Source: a virus (Duplodnaviria > Caudoviricetes). Taken from it: a stretch of 64,000 bases of DNA. The translations under genes and the position numbers were made by a program. Below, one piece after another: positions 27,642 to 38,955 of this stretch. Numbering within the stretch: position 1 is the stretch's first letter; each line of letters begins with the position of its first letter. The stretch lies in the IMG/VR virus record IMGVR_UViG_3300042350_003419, positions 17,975 to 81,974 of that record. One strand, given 5' to 3'. The notes beneath the pieces were generated by a model, which made no database searches, was not told the origin of the DNA, and worked only from the letters and a program-made list of their open reading frames with translations.

Positions 27642-28477
27642 TGAATTTTTCTTCAGGATTATCTGGGTGTAAAATACAACTTTTAGATAATAAAATAGTA
27701 AGAAAATCTTCACCATCCATAAATTATAATTCTAGATTGATATTGCAAATAGATAAGCAAAATTTATTTTCAAATTTAATTTTTAAAAATATCAATACTC
27801 CAAAAATTTTAAATATTAATCAAGATAGTTTATATTATTTTGATATGGAGTATATACATGGAAAATGTTTTTCTGAGTATTTTTCAGTTGCTAATAATTT
27901 CGATATAAAATTCGTTTTAGAAACTTTATTTGAATATTTTGATACATTAATTGGAAATTATAAAACAACTAATGTTCAAAATAGTATTTTAAAAAAAATA
28001 AAAATACTAAAAGAAAAAACTGCTTATAAAGAGTATCTAAATTACTTGGAAAATTATGTGATAAAAGAAAAGATTATCATTCCAAAAACTTTTTGTCATG
28101 GAGATTTGACATTTAATAATATTATTTTTCATAAAAAAAGATTGTTTTTCATAGACTTTTTGGATTCATATATTGATAGTTTTTTGTGCGATTTAATTAA
28201 ATTAAAACAAGATTTATTTTACTCTTGGGGAATTTCTATTGAAAATAAAAAATGTATAAGAATCCATCAAGTTTATACTTATATTTGGAAAGAAATTGAA
28301 GACAAATATTTTAGATATATTAATCATATAAATTTTGATATTCTGGATGCTCTTAATCTCCTAAGATTAGAACCATACTTGACTAATCAATATCAAAGAA
28401 GTATACTTAATCAAATAATAAAAACTACAAAATTATATGAGAAGTTTAGTAATACCTATGGCAGGGAAATCAAGTAG
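27641..28477 (+). CDS. aminoglycoside/choline kinase-like phosphotransferase
   Basis: CHGDLTFNN and FIDF motifs. Confidence 0.8.
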   Translation: MNFSSGLSGCKIQLLDNKIVRKSSPSINYNSRLILQIDKQNLFSNLIFKNINTPKILNINQDSLYYFDMEYIHGKCFSEYFSVANNFDIKFVLETLFEYFDTLIGNYKTTNVQNSILKKIKILKEKTAYKEYLNYLENYVIKEKIIIPKTFCHGDLTFNNIIFHKKRLFFIDFLDSYIDSFLCDLIKLKQDLFYSWGISIENKKCIRIHQVYTYIWKEIEDKYFRYINHINFDILDALNLLRLEPYLTNQYQRSILNQIIKTTKLYEKFSNTYGREIK

Positions 28478-29495
28478 ATTTCCCAATATGAGACCTAAGT
28501 GGATGTTAACGCATCCAATGTCTAATCGCTTTATGGCAATAGAATCTATTTTAGGATTAAATTTAGATTTCTTTGATAAAATATATTTCATTTGCTTAGA
28601 GGAGCACGAAGAGCAATATTCTTTTTCTTATGGATTTCAAAAAGAAATTGAATCTTTAAATCTACAAAATAAAACTGAAATATCTTTTTTAAAAAAACAA
28701 ACAAAATCTCAATCAGAAACAGTTTATAATTTTTTAATTCAAAATAATATAGATGGATTTATTTTCATAAAAGATTCTGATGGATATTATCAATGCAATA
28801 TTGAAACTGAAAATAATCAAGCTGCATTTTTTGATTTAAATGATATGGATAATATTAATGCTAGAACAAAGAGTTATATTGAATTTGATATTAATGGTAT
28901 TATTACAAATATTGTAGAAAAAAAAGTAATCAGTTCTACTTTTTCTGTCGGTGGGTATGGGTTTTCATCAGCATCAGAATTTTGCAAAACTTATGAAAAA
29001 TTTATGGATACTGAAGAAGAGTGTTATATTAGTCATATTATTTTTGATATGATTTTGTCAGGATCTCTTTTTTATGGAATTAAAACATCTAACTTTAAAG
29101 ACTGGGGAACCATAGAATCTTGGAACTTATATAAAAGTCAATATAAGTGTTTGTTTGTAGATATCGATGGAACACTCGTTACTAATTCTTCAATTCATTT
29201 TCCACCATATGTTGGGTCAGGAATTAGTATTCAAGAAAATATAGATTTTTTAAGAGAGTTACATCAGTCTGGAAAAGTTAAAATAGTTCTTACTACTAGT
29301 AGACCAGAATATCTTAAAGATGTTACTGTTTTGGAGATGGAAAGTAAGGGCATTCCATATGATCATTTAATTATGGGACTGCCGCACTGTCAAAGAATTT
29401 TAATTAATGATTTTGCAAAAAGTAATCCATATCCATCTTGTTCTGCAATTAATATTACTAGAAACTCTAATCAATTGAGAGAGTATTTTAAATGA
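28437..29495 (+). CDS. nucleotidyltransferase-HAD fusion
   Basis: IPMAGKSSRF N-domain; FVDIDGTL HAD motif. Confidence 0.82.
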   Translation: MRSLVIPMAGKSSRFPNMRPKWMLTHPMSNRFMAIESILGLNLDFFDKIYFICLEEHEEQYSFSYGFQKEIESLNLQNKTEISFLKKQTKSQSETVYNFLIQNNIDGFIFIKDSDGYYQCNIETENNQAAFFDLNDMDNINARTKSYIEFDINGIITNIVEKKVISSTFSVGGYGFSSASEFCKTYEKFMDTEEECYISHIIFDMILSGSLFYGIKTSNFKDWGTIESWNLYKSQYKCLFVDIDGTLVTNSSIHFPPYVGSGISIQENIDFLRELHQSGKVKIVLTTSRPEYLKDVTVLEMESKGIPYDHLIMGLPHCQRILINDFAKSNPYPSCSAINITRNSNQLREYFK

Positions 29496-30484
29496 AAATA
29501 TTAATTACTGGTGCTGCTGGGCAAATTGGATCTGGATTGGCAAAGTTACTTATAAAAAAAAATCATCAATTGGTGTTAGTTGATAATTTAAGAAATGGGC
29601 ATAAAACAAACTTAATATCTAAAAATAAATTAATTGCACCTTTTGTAAAAGTAGATATTACAACACAGGATTTTTTTGATACATGTTCCCAACATTATGA
29701 TTGTATTATTCATTTAGCTGCTATTACTTCTTTACCAGATTGTGAAAATAACCCATATGAAACAATATCAATTAATGTTGGTGGAACAAGTAATGTTTTA
29801 GAATTTGCAAGAAGAAATAATATTCCGCATGTAATTTTTGCAAGTACTAGTGCTGTTTATGAAAATTCAAATGCCGAAATTTTTACCGAAGATTTAGAAA
29901 TTAACCCAACTCTTTACTATTGCCTATCAAAAAAGATGGCTGAAGATTTGGTAAATTCGTATAGGGAAAATTATAATCTTAAAGTTACTACTCTAAGATT
30001 TTTTAATGTCTTTGGTCCAGATGGAGATCACACTCGCCTTCATCCACCTTTAATTAATTTCTTAGTTCGTGAATTTAAAAAAGGAATTTCGCCACAACTG
30101 AGTGGAGATGGAACTCAAACTAGAGATTTTATATGGGTAAATGATGTTGTTTCTATGTTAGATATTTGCTTAGATAAACAACCAAATGATACATTTAATG
30201 TTTGTACAGGACAGGTAATAAGTGTAAATCAAATGGGTCAGTGGGTTGCAGAATCTTTGGAATGCGAACACATTGGGTTATCATATAAACCACCACAAGA
30301 ACTATGGAGTAGATATCCACAATTATTTGACGGTGGTTATCCATTGAATAAAGAAGTGGTTTCTACAGAGACTACTAGACCTTCTAAAGGGTCCTATCAA
30401 AAAGCAAAAGATTTATTGGGGTGGGAACCTAATTTGGATATTGAAAGTCTTGTAAAAAAAGTTGCCAAAGAGATTGTAATATGA
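29492..30484 (+). CDS. NAD-dependent epimerase/dehydratase
   Basis: TGAAGQIG, YCLSK, RFFNVFGP. Confidence 0.9.
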   Translation: MKILITGAAGQIGSGLAKLLIKKNHQLVLVDNLRNGHKTNLISKNKLIAPFVKVDITTQDFFDTCSQHYDCIIHLAAITSLPDCENNPYETISINVGGTSNVLEFARRNNIPHVIFASTSAVYENSNAEIFTEDLEINPTLYYCLSKKMAEDLVNSYRENYNLKVTTLRFFNVFGPDGDHTRLHPPLINFLVREFKKGISPQLSGDGTQTRDFIWVNDVVSMLDICLDKQPNDTFNVCTGQVISVNQMGQWVAESLECEHIGLSYKPPQELWSRYPQLFDGGYPLNKEVVSTETTRPSKGSYQKAKDLLGWEPNLDIESLVKKVAKEIVI

Positions 30485-31221
30485 GAGTTGCTTTATGTTT
30501 ATCCGGTCAACCAAGATTTGTTGACGAGGTTGCACCTTATATTATTGCCAATGCTTGTCGGGGGTATCAAGTTGATGTATTTGCTCATATATGGTTTGAT
30601 GAAGAACTTTTGAATAATCCATATAAGCATGAGGGTAATTGGTCTAGTCAAAGACTTAAGTCCAATGCTGTTGATGATCTATTGAAAATATATAAACCAG
30701 TTTCTTATATTATTGAACCTAGTAAAAAATTTATTGATGATCAAATTCATTTTGAAACTTCTTTTAAAAGATATTGGACTTGGGGTGAACCAGGATTAGA
30801 ATTTAGAAACAGAATTATTAATAATACTCTCTCTTATTTTTATGGATTGAATCAAGTTAATAACTTGAAAAAGGTACATGAATATGCAAATGGATTTAAA
30901 TATGACTGGGTTGTTAGATGTAGAACAGACACAATTTTACACACTAAAATAAATTATGAAAACTATGATCAAAATGTCATTAATTTCTCTGGTTTGTCAA
31001 ATCAACCAGATGGTATGATTAATGACTGGTTTGATTTTGGTGGGTCTAAGGTTATGGATGCCTTTATGAGTTTGTTTCCTGTTTTTGATCTTGTTATGGA
31101 TAAATGTTTGAAAGAAAATGATATGGCATTTTGTCCGGAGTTGCTACATAGAAAGATGATTGATTGTTTTAATATTAATATTCAACCACACCCAATTCAT
31201 ATAACGTTACCAAGATTTTAA
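30481..31221 (+). CDS. putative glycosyltransferase-like protein
   Basis: VALCLSGQPR...YDWVVRCRTD family. Confidence 0.65.
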   Translation: MRVALCLSGQPRFVDEVAPYIIANACRGYQVDVFAHIWFDEELLNNPYKHEGNWSSQRLKSNAVDDLLKIYKPVSYIIEPSKKFIDDQIHFETSFKRYWTWGEPGLEFRNRIINNTLSYFYGLNQVNNLKKVHEYANGFKYDWVVRCRTDTILHTKINYENYDQNVINFSGLSNQPDGMINDWFDFGGSKVMDAFMSLFPVFDLVMDKCLKENDMAFCPELLHRKMIDCFNINIQPHPIHITLPRF

Positions 31222-32142
31222 ATGTATTTTATTACTTTTATTACTGAAGGATACCCGTATGATGGAGGTTTCGATTTAACAGAAACTGGAAATAAAATTA
31301 AAGAGAAACTTTCGGATTTTTTTGAAGAGGTATTTATTTTTACAAAAAGAACTTTAAAACAAATTCCTGGTAGTGAAGAAGTTTGCAATTCTTTTCTAGA
31401 ACCTCTTGATAATAATCCAAATGCAAATCATATCGGATATTTTGACTTTAAACCATTTTTAATTCAACATGTTTTAACAAAAGTTCCAGAGGGAAGTCTT
31501 GTTTTATATCATGATGGTAATTTTAAAAAGAATCCACATTACTTTGATACAGACTGGAAAAACATTTCTTCTATTTGTGAAAATCTATTGGAGGAAAACC
31601 AATCTGACTTTTGGGTTCAGATAGAAAGAGATCCAACTTTAGTGAAAGAGCATGTTAAACAATATACTCTTTCTCAAGTTATATCTAATGAAAATGAATG
31701 CCGCTTAGCTTCTAATTCTAGACTCATAAATGCGGCTAGAATTTTAGTTAGAAATACTAATTCATCTAAGCAGTTTATTCAAGATTATCTAAATTTGTGT
31801 TTAGATAAAAAATTAATTCAAAAAACACCAGATGATAATAGAGACGTTTATGCGAAAAACTATTGTGGAGATCAAGATGTATTAAATGCGTTAGTTTATA
31901 AGTATATTTTTGATGGAAAGATAATTCCAGAATTTCCCAAATATACTTTTGGTGATAGAGTTATCAGAATGGAAAAAATTAAAGGTCAAGATGGTATTAT
32001 TCGTGGAGGTAGGAAAACATTAATTGATAATAATATAGTAGAATATATGAAGTCAAATAAAACTATATTAAATATTGAGGAGAGAATACCCTTAAATCCG
32101 CAACAGTTTCAAGAGTGGTGGAATAGTGAGTTTAAAATATGA
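31222..32142 (+). CDS. putative glycosyltransferase-like protein
   Basis: FKPFLI, LYHDG, GDQDVLN motifs in the sugar cluster. Confidence 0.6.
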   Translation: MYFITFITEGYPYDGGFDLTETGNKIKEKLSDFFEEVFIFTKRTLKQIPGSEEVCNSFLEPLDNNPNANHIGYFDFKPFLIQHVLTKVPEGSLVLYHDGNFKKNPHYFDTDWKNISSICENLLEENQSDFWVQIERDPTLVKEHVKQYTLSQVISNENECRLASNSRLINAARILVRNTNSSKQFIQDYLNLCLDKKLIQKTPDDNRDVYAKNYCGDQDVLNALVYKYIFDGKIIPEFPKYTFGDRVIRMEKIKGQDGIIRGGRKTLIDNNIVEYMKSNKTILNIEERIPLNPQQFQEWWNSEFKI

Positions 32143-32876
32143 AAAAATTCGCAGTTTGTTTTTCGGGATATCCAAGATTCGTGAGAGAGTGTTTGGATAG
32201 TATTAAAAAAAATTTTTTAGATGGGTTGGGTGAATATGATGTTTATGCTAATTTTCAATGGAATGATGATTGGCAGAATACTTTAATACATCATGAATTT
32301 ACAGACAAGTACGAAAAAAATGAATTGAGTGAATTCATTGAATTATATTCTCCATTAAATCTTAAAGATGTAAAAGTAATTCAACCATATAATTTTGACA
32401 CTTCATTTTACAATAAATTATCTGCTGAACCAGATATGGTTTTTGAAACAATTGAGAAAAGTAGAAGTCAATTTTATAGATCTAAATGTCAGTATCAAGG
32501 AATTTTGGATTGTGTTAAATTAGTTGATCCTAATGAATACGAGTTTATTGTAAGAATTAGAACTGATAATATTTTTGGTACTGAATTAAATTTCAGTCAG
32601 TTAGAATCGGATCATATTCTTTGTCAAGATGGATATGAAGCTGGTTGGGATAGACATTATGCTGATTGGTTTTTTATTGTTCCAACTAGTCAAGTTAATT
32701 TCTTTTATGACTTAGCAAATGTGGAAGAACATTATAAAGATGGAATTATACATATGCATAAACTTATAGAAAATGTTGGAAAACCATATAATATTCAACA
32801 TTATCAATTTAATATAACCACTACATCAATTTGTAGTTATAAAAATACTAAAAATTTTTTGGAGATTAAAAGATGA
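32139..32876 (+). CDS. putative glycosyltransferase-like protein (paralog of 30481)
   Basis: FAVCFSGYPR...YEFIVRIRTD. Confidence 0.65.
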   Translation: MKKFAVCFSGYPRFVRECLDSIKKNFLDGLGEYDVYANFQWNDDWQNTLIHHEFTDKYEKNELSEFIELYSPLNLKDVKVIQPYNFDTSFYNKLSAEPDMVFETIEKSRSQFYRSKCQYQGILDCVKLVDPNEYEFIVRIRTDNIFGTELNFSQLESDHILCQDGYEAGWDRHYADWFFIVPTSQVNFFYDLANVEEHYKDGIIHMHKLIENVGKPYNIQHYQFNITTTSICSYKNTKNFLEIKR

Positions 32877-33838
32877 AAATTATTATCTGGGGTTTTTATC
32901 CTGAAAATGGAGTTTTGAAAAATACAATCAGTTACGTTTGGAATTCTTTTTATAATGCATTTAAGTATTTGGGTCATGATGTTTACTGGTTTCCAAATGA
33001 AAAAATAGAAAATTTTGATTTTTCTAATTGTATTTTTATTGCAGAGGGATATGATGATTCAGAAATTCCTTTAGATAAGACTTCTACTTATTTTGTTCAT
33101 TGTGCTTATAACCCAGCGAAATATGTTGGCAATGTCCGTAAGTTTGTTGATATGAGATATAATCTCAAAAAGATTGATCATCCCAATTATGTTTATGAAC
33201 TTGATAAAGAAAAAACAAAAATGGACAAGGGATGTTATTATGAACCATCTACTAATCAAGTTATTGATTTTAAAAATGGTAGAGTAAATTATAGAATTGA
33301 TGATTTTGATAAAGTCTATATTGGTTGGGCGACAAATTTAATGCCAAACGAGATAGATGAAAATGATGTTTATTATCCTAGAAGTAACAATGTTTATTTC
33401 CTTGGTTCAATATCAAATGATGGAAGATACTCTAATATTCATTTGATTGAAGAGTTTGCAAATGAATGTAGAAAAAATAATATTGAATTTGTTTTAAACA
33501 ATTTTTCTGCAAACCAATTATCTGAGGAGGATTATATTCGCCTTTCGAAAGAGTCATTGTTGGGATTTGATATTAGATGCCAAGCTGATGTAGAATGGGG
33601 AAGAATTTCTTGCAGATTATATAAAAATATGAGTTATGGTCATCTTGGAATGACTAACTGCTATGAGGCATATAAAGAACTTGACGAATATTGCTTATAT
33701 AAAGAATCTCCAACGGAGTTATTTTATGCCGCGATGGAAAGAAAGGATGATTATGAGTTTATTAAGCAAAGTGTTAACTACATTAAAGAATATCATACTT
33801 ATGTCAATCGAGCCCAAAGTCTTTTAAAAGTGTTATGA
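32873..33838 (+). CDS. putative glycosyltransferase (GT-B-like)
   Basis: AFKYLGHDV, FLGS, CRLYKNMSYG, HTYVNRA. Confidence 0.6.
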   Translation: MKIIIWGFYPENGVLKNTISYVWNSFYNAFKYLGHDVYWFPNEKIENFDFSNCIFIAEGYDDSEIPLDKTSTYFVHCAYNPAKYVGNVRKFVDMRYNLKKIDHPNYVYELDKEKTKMDKGCYYEPSTNQVIDFKNGRVNYRIDDFDKVYIGWATNLMPNEIDENDVYYPRSNNVYFLGSISNDGRYSNIHLIEEFANECRKNNIEFVLNNFSANQLSEEDYIRLSKESLLGFDIRCQADVEWGRISCRLYKNMSYGHLGMTNCYEAYKELDEYCLYKESPTELFYAAMERKDDYEFIKQSVNYIKEYHTYVNRAQSLLKVL

Positions 33839-34566
33839 AATTAGCAGTTTGTTTATCTGGTCAACCAAGGGATGTAAAAAATAGTTTGGAGAATATTAAA
33901 GAATCGTGGTCATGCGAACAAAACGTTGATTTCTTTTTTCATAGTTGGTGGGGTGTAGAAGGAGTTCCATTTAGAGATGATGCACCATCTGATGTTTATA
34001 CTGATGATTTGTTTGACTATATCATCACTACTCTAAATCCAGTTCACTACAAAATTGAAAATCCAATACAGTTTGAAAAACAATATCCAGATTCCGCTCA
34101 TTGGGGTTGCTATCATCCTAGATTTAATAGAAATCCATCTCAAAATATTCAATCAATGTTTTACTCTTTAAATCAATGTAATAATTTAAAAGTTGAATAT
34201 GAAATAAAAAATAACTTCAAATATGATGCCGTTTTGAAGTGTAGATTTGATTATATTTTTAATAAAAAATATGATGTTAAAAATTTTAATTTAAAATATT
34301 TGAATACAAAAAATGATTGTAAGCATACGGAATATGCAATCAACGATCATATTGCATTATCAAATAGTGATAATATGAATATGTATTCTGATGTTATTCA
34401 CCATCTTGACAAATACTATGGGATGGGTGTAGAATTTAACCCAGAGGTTCTTCTGGGATTTCATGTTTACCATAATCAAATTCCAGTTGCTAAAACTTTG
34501 GGGGATAATGACGAATCTTATGTATCTACAAAAAATGAAAGGTCTTTTATGTATTCAAATGGGTAA
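33835..34566 (+). CDS. putative glycosyltransferase-like protein (paralog of 30481)
   Basis: LAVCLSGQPR...YDAVLKCRFD...NDH...PE. Confidence 0.65.
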   Translation: MKLAVCLSGQPRDVKNSLENIKESWSCEQNVDFFFHSWWGVEGVPFRDDAPSDVYTDDLFDYIITTLNPVHYKIENPIQFEKQYPDSAHWGCYHPRFNRNPSQNIQSMFYSLNQCNNLKVEYEIKNNFKYDAVLKCRFDYIFNKKYDVKNFNLKYLNTKNDCKHTEYAINDHIALSNSDNMNMYSDVIHHLDKYYGMGVEFNPEVLLGFHVYHNQIPVAKTLGDNDESYVSTKNERSFMYSNG

Positions 34567-34574
34567 TAATTAAT

Positions 34575-35471
34575 ATGAAATCATTAGTTACTGGCGGTGC
34601 GGGATTTATTGGTTCTAACCTAGTTGATCGTCTTCTAGAAATGGGACACGAAGTAGTTGTAATTGATAATGAATTTTCTGATGTCCACGATCAGTTTTAT
34701 TGGAATGATAAAGCGCAAAACTATAAGTATGATATTCGTGACTATGGAAATACTCGCCCTCTTTATGATGGTGTAGATTATGTGTTTCATCTTGCTGCTG
34801 AAGCGCGTATTCAACCAGCAATTAAAAATCCTATAGAAGCAGTTAGTATTAACTCAGTAGGCACTGTGACTGTTCTTCAATGTGCTCGTGAGGCAGGTGT
34901 GAAGCGTGTAATGTATTCTTCAACATCATCTGCTTATGGATTGAATTCGCATCCAAACGTTGAGACACAACCAGATGATTGTTTGAACCCATATTCAGTA
35001 TCTAAAGTGAATGGTGAAAAACTGTGTAAAATGTATACAGATCTTTTTAATCTCCCTACAATTTGCTTTAGATATTTTAATGTTTATGGTGAAAGGCAAC
35101 CTCTTAAAGGGCAGTATGCTCCTGTAATTGGTATTTTTATGCGTCAAAGGGATGCTGGGGAATCTCTCACAATTGTTGGGGATGGTAATCAACGCAGAGA
35201 TTTTACTCACGTTTCTGACGTGGTTAACGCAAATATTTTAGCAGCAATTTCAAATCCAAATCCAGAAGTTTTTGGTCAAGTTTTTAATGTTGGAACTGGA
35301 AGAAATCACTCAGTTAATGAGATTGCTGCAATGATTTCTGATCATACTGTTCACCTTCCAGAACGTCCTGGCGAATCAAGGGTGACTCTTGCAGACAATC
35401 AAAAACTTAAAAACACTTTTGGATGGGAACCAAAAATTAAAGTTGAAGAATGGATAGGTAATTGTAAATGA
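34575..35471 (+). CDS. NAD-dependent epimerase (UDP-glucose 4-epimerase-like)
   Basis: TGGAGFIGS, YSVSK, RYFNVYG. Confidence 0.92.
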   Translation: MKSLVTGGAGFIGSNLVDRLLEMGHEVVVIDNEFSDVHDQFYWNDKAQNYKYDIRDYGNTRPLYDGVDYVFHLAAEARIQPAIKNPIEAVSINSVGTVTVLQCAREAGVKRVMYSSTSSAYGLNSHPNVETQPDDCLNPYSVSKVNGEKLCKMYTDLFNLPTICFRYFNVYGERQPLKGQYAPVIGIFMRQRDAGESLTIVGDGNQRRDFTHVSDVVNANILAAISNPNPEVFGQVFNVGTGRNHSVNEIAAMISDHTVHLPERPGESRVTLADNQKLKNTFGWEPKIKVEEWIGNCK

Positions 35472-36430
35472 ACATCGCTTTTATTGGACCTGGAATTATG
35501 TCTATCCCTCCAGTTGGATGGGGTGCAGTTGAAATGTTAATCTGGGATTATGCAAATATACTAGGAGAACTTGGGCATACTGGTGTAATTATTAATACAC
35601 CAGATAGAAATCAAATTATTGAAGAACTAAAACAAGATAAGTTTGATGTTATTCATCTACATTATGATGTTTTTCATGATATTATTCCTCAAATTTTAGA
35701 ATTAAATAATGGAAAATTAATCGTATCTAGTCATTACCCGTATATTGGCAATCAGTCTATGTGGAAATATGATAGATATAATTCAATTGTAGAATCTTAT
35801 ACTAAAAATAAAGAGTTTAACATTTTTGCATCTAGTCAAAATGATATTGATGTTTTTGTTGAGAATGGTGCAGTTGAATCTAATTGTTGGTTAAATCGTC
35901 TTGGTGTTGCTGTTGAATCTTATACATATGAAGAAACACCGGTTTATAATAAGACTTTATGTTTTTCTCAAATTTGTGATCGTAAGCGCCAATACCTAAT
36001 TGAAAATATTGAAGATATTGATTTTGTTGGTAGGAGAGAAAGTGGGAGATTTACAAATCTTAAAAATTATAAAGGAGAGTATGATAGAGAAAAACTTAAC
36101 CAAGAAATTACAAAATATTCAAACTTTATTTTATTGAGTTCTACAGAAAATACAACGCCTCTTGTAGTTAAAGAGGCATTGATTTGTGGTTTGGGTGTTG
36201 TAGTTTCGGAGTCTGTTTCTCTGGAACTTGATTTGTCTGAAGAATTTATTGATGTAATTCCTGAAAATAAAATTGAAGATATTGATTACATTATTGAAGT
36301 AATATCAAGAAATAAAAAATATTCTGTAAAACACCGAGATCAAATTAGAAAGTATGGTATTGAAAAATTTAGTTTAGAAAAAATTATTGAGATTGAATAT
36401 ATTTCAAAATTACAATCATTAATAAGTTAA
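35468..36430 (+). CDS. GT4-like glycosyltransferase
   Basis: IPPVGWGAVE; ENTTPLVVKEALICGLGVV. Confidence 0.8.
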   Translation: MNIAFIGPGIMSIPPVGWGAVEMLIWDYANILGELGHTGVIINTPDRNQIIEELKQDKFDVIHLHYDVFHDIIPQILELNNGKLIVSSHYPYIGNQSMWKYDRYNSIVESYTKNKEFNIFASSQNDIDVFVENGAVESNCWLNRLGVAVESYTYEETPVYNKTLCFSQICDRKRQYLIENIEDIDFVGRRESGRFTNLKNYKGEYDREKLNQEITKYSNFILLSSTENTTPLVVKEALICGLGVVVSESVSLELDLSEEFIDVIPENKIEDIDYIIEVISRNKKYSVKHRDQIRKYGIEKFSLEKIIEIEYISKLQSLIS

Positions 36431-36431
36431 T

Positions 36432-38168
36432 ATGAAAATAAGTATCATTGGACCAAATACTCAAATACCTCCAGTAGGATGGGGTGCAGTCGAAAGTTTG
36501 ATATGGGACTATAAAATATTTTTAGAAAAAATGGGTCATGAGATTCAAATCGTCAATATTAATGATCCCATAAAAATTATAGAAACAATCAATAGATTTA
36601 ATCCCGATTTTGTTCATATTAATTATGATGATTGGGTTGGTCTATATCCATACATTAATTATCCTTGTGCTTGCACTACTCATTTTGCTTATCTAGAAAG
36701 ACCGGAAATGATGGGTGGATATATTAATATCTTTAATCTCTTTGAAAATATTAAACCCAATGTTTTTTGTTTATCCGAATCAATTAAAGAAGTTTATAAA
36801 ACTAAAGCAGATATTCCGAGTCATAGATTATTTGTAACTCCAAATGGTGTAAATACAGATGCGTTTGAATTTACTTTAAATCCAGAGTATCCTGATCGTA
36901 GTATTTACTTAGCAAAAATAGATTATCGCAAACGCCAATATAAATTTCAAAATATTGATTCTATATGGTATGCAGGAAATATTGCGGATTCTAGATTTGA
37001 TGAGTCAAAAAATTATCTTGGTGAATGGAATAAAAATATTTTACACGAAAATCTTACTAAATATGGAAATCTAATTCTTTTATCCGATGGTGAAGCTCAT
37101 CCTTTAGTTTGTATGGAAGCATTTGCTGCTGGATTGGGTGTAGTTATAAGTGAATATGCAACAGCAAACTTAGATCAAACTAAAGAATTTATTACAGTAA
37201 TTCCCGAAAATAAGATTGATGATTTAGAATATATAGAGAGACAAATTATTAAAAATAGAACTTATTCAGTTCAACATAGGGAAGAAATTTTAGAATATTC
37301 TAAAATATTTTCTTGGAAGCATACTTTAACATCTTATTTTATTCCAATGGTTAAAAAAGTAATTACTGATTATAATAATTCAAAGAAAAAAATTGCTATT
37401 AATTTTATAGGTACTGGAAATTACTTAAAGTTTTTCCCAAAATATTATGAAACACTTATGGAATATTTTGTTCCAGAATGTCAGAAAGATTTTTTTGTTT
37501 TTACAGATGGAGATCTTGGAGATGACATTCCAGACAATATTAAAATTATACCATCATCTGAAAATATTGAAATTACCACATCAGATTATTCTTCAGATAA
37601 TTGGTATAATTTAATGTATAATAGTATTGGTGGATTGAGAAGATTTGGAGAAATCAAAAAAATTGAAAGCCAATTAAAGGATTATGATTGGTATGTATAC
37701 TTTGATGCAGATATGTATTGCTGTGATCAACTAATCACTTATGAAGAATTCTTTAATGATGAAAAACCATTCTTTGGAGTTCAGCATCCAACTTTTAGTA
37801 CTCACTGGAGTAAATTTATTGGTCAACTACCATTTGAAAGAAACGAAAAGTCTTTATCATCTATAAAAGTGGGGGATGAAAGAGATGACATATATCTTCA
37901 AGGATGTATTTGGGGAGGTAAGATTCCAGAAATTTTTAAATTAATTGATGAACTTGATGGAAGAATTAAAAAAGATTTGGAAAATAATGTAATGGCAGCA
38001 GCGCATGATGAAAGTCATTTAAATAGATATAGGATTGATAATTTTGAAGATTTTCATGTATTACATTCTTGCTTTGCAAAACCTGGGAATTACCCTGATA
38101 GTGAGTTTGATTTTTCCGCAAGAATGATTCACTCCCCTGCCGATAAAAAAACTATTCTTTATTCTTGA
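36432..38168 (+). CDS. GT4-like plus GT6 glycosyltransferase fusion
   Basis: N-half IPPVGWGAVE...EAFAAG; C-half GTGNY, FVFTD, FDAD, HDESHLN. Confidence 0.82.
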   Translation: MKISIIGPNTQIPPVGWGAVESLIWDYKIFLEKMGHEIQIVNINDPIKIIETINRFNPDFVHINYDDWVGLYPYINYPCACTTHFAYLERPEMMGGYINIFNLFENIKPNVFCLSESIKEVYKTKADIPSHRLFVTPNGVNTDAFEFTLNPEYPDRSIYLAKIDYRKRQYKFQNIDSIWYAGNIADSRFDESKNYLGEWNKNILHENLTKYGNLILLSDGEAHPLVCMEAFAAGLGVVISEYATANLDQTKEFITVIPENKIDDLEYIERQIIKNRTYSVQHREEILEYSKIFSWKHTLTSYFIPMVKKVITDYNNSKKKIAINFIGTGNYLKFFPKYYETLMEYFVPECQKDFFVFTDGDLGDDIPDNIKIIPSSENIEITTSDYSSDNWYNLMYNSIGGLRRFGEIKKIESQLKDYDWYVYFDADMYCCDQLITYEEFFNDEKPFFGVQHPTFSTHWSKFIGQLPFERNEKSLSSIKVGDERDDIYLQGCIWGGKIPEIFKLIDELDGRIKKDLENNVMAAAHDESHLNRYRIDNFEDFHVLHSCFAKPGNYPDSEFDFSARMIHSPADKKTILYS

Positions 38169-38172
38169 TAAA

Positions 38173-38955
38173 ATGATTGGATTTAATTATCTTGGACAAA
38201 ATGGTCGTTTAGCAAATCAGATGTTTCAGTATGCTTCTTTAAGAGGTATTGCTGCAACAAAAGGATATGATTTCTGTATTCCTAAAACCGACTATGGTGA
38301 TGAATGGAAAGATAATAAATTATTTGATGTGTTTGAACTTAATAATTTAAAAAATGTGGGTTTTTTGCCTGCGGATTTTTATGCAGAAAACCAGTTTCAC
38401 TATGATTCTGAGTATGTTGAAAATTGTCCAGATAATGTAAATTTACATGGATATTTTCAGAGTGAAAAATACTTTAAGCATATTGAAGATAGTATCAGAG
38501 AAGACTTTAAGTTTAAAGAATATATTTTAGAACCTTGTGTAACTAATTTTGATTTTGATGATATTATTGCCTTGCATGTAAGAAGAACTGACTACGTTTC
38601 TAATTCAGAAAATCATCCTCCGTGCGATCTTTCTTATTATGAAAGAGCATTAGAACATTTTGATTCTGATATTCCTGTAATGATTTTTTCGGATGATGTT
38701 GGATGGTGTCAGTCTCAGACTTTATTTGAATCAGATAGATTTATTATTTCAGAATCTCATAATGGATTTATTGATTTATGTTTAATGAGTATGTGCCATT
38801 ATCATATTATTGCAAACTCTTCATTCTCTTGGTGGGGAGCATGGTTGGCAAAGAGTAAAAAAGTTATTGCTCCTTTACGGTGGTTTGGTACAGAGGGTAA
38901 TACTTCTAAAAATCAAACTCAAGATTTATATTTAAATGATTGGATTAGAATATGA
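38173..38955 (+). CDS. alpha-1,2-fucosyltransferase (GT11)
   Basis: GRLANQMFQY, GYFQSEKYF, HVRRTDY, ANSSFSWWGA. Confidence 0.92.
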   Translation: MIGFNYLGQNGRLANQMFQYASLRGIAATKGYDFCIPKTDYGDEWKDNKLFDVFELNNLKNVGFLPADFYAENQFHYDSEYVENCPDNVNLHGYFQSEKYFKHIEDSIREDFKFKEYILEPCVTNFDFDDIIALHVRRTDYVSNSENHPPCDLSYYERALEHFDSDIPVMIFSDDVGWCQSQTLFESDRFIISESHNGFIDLCLMSMCHYHIIANSSFSWWGAWLAKSKKVIAPLRWFGTEGNTSKNQTQDLYLNDWIRI

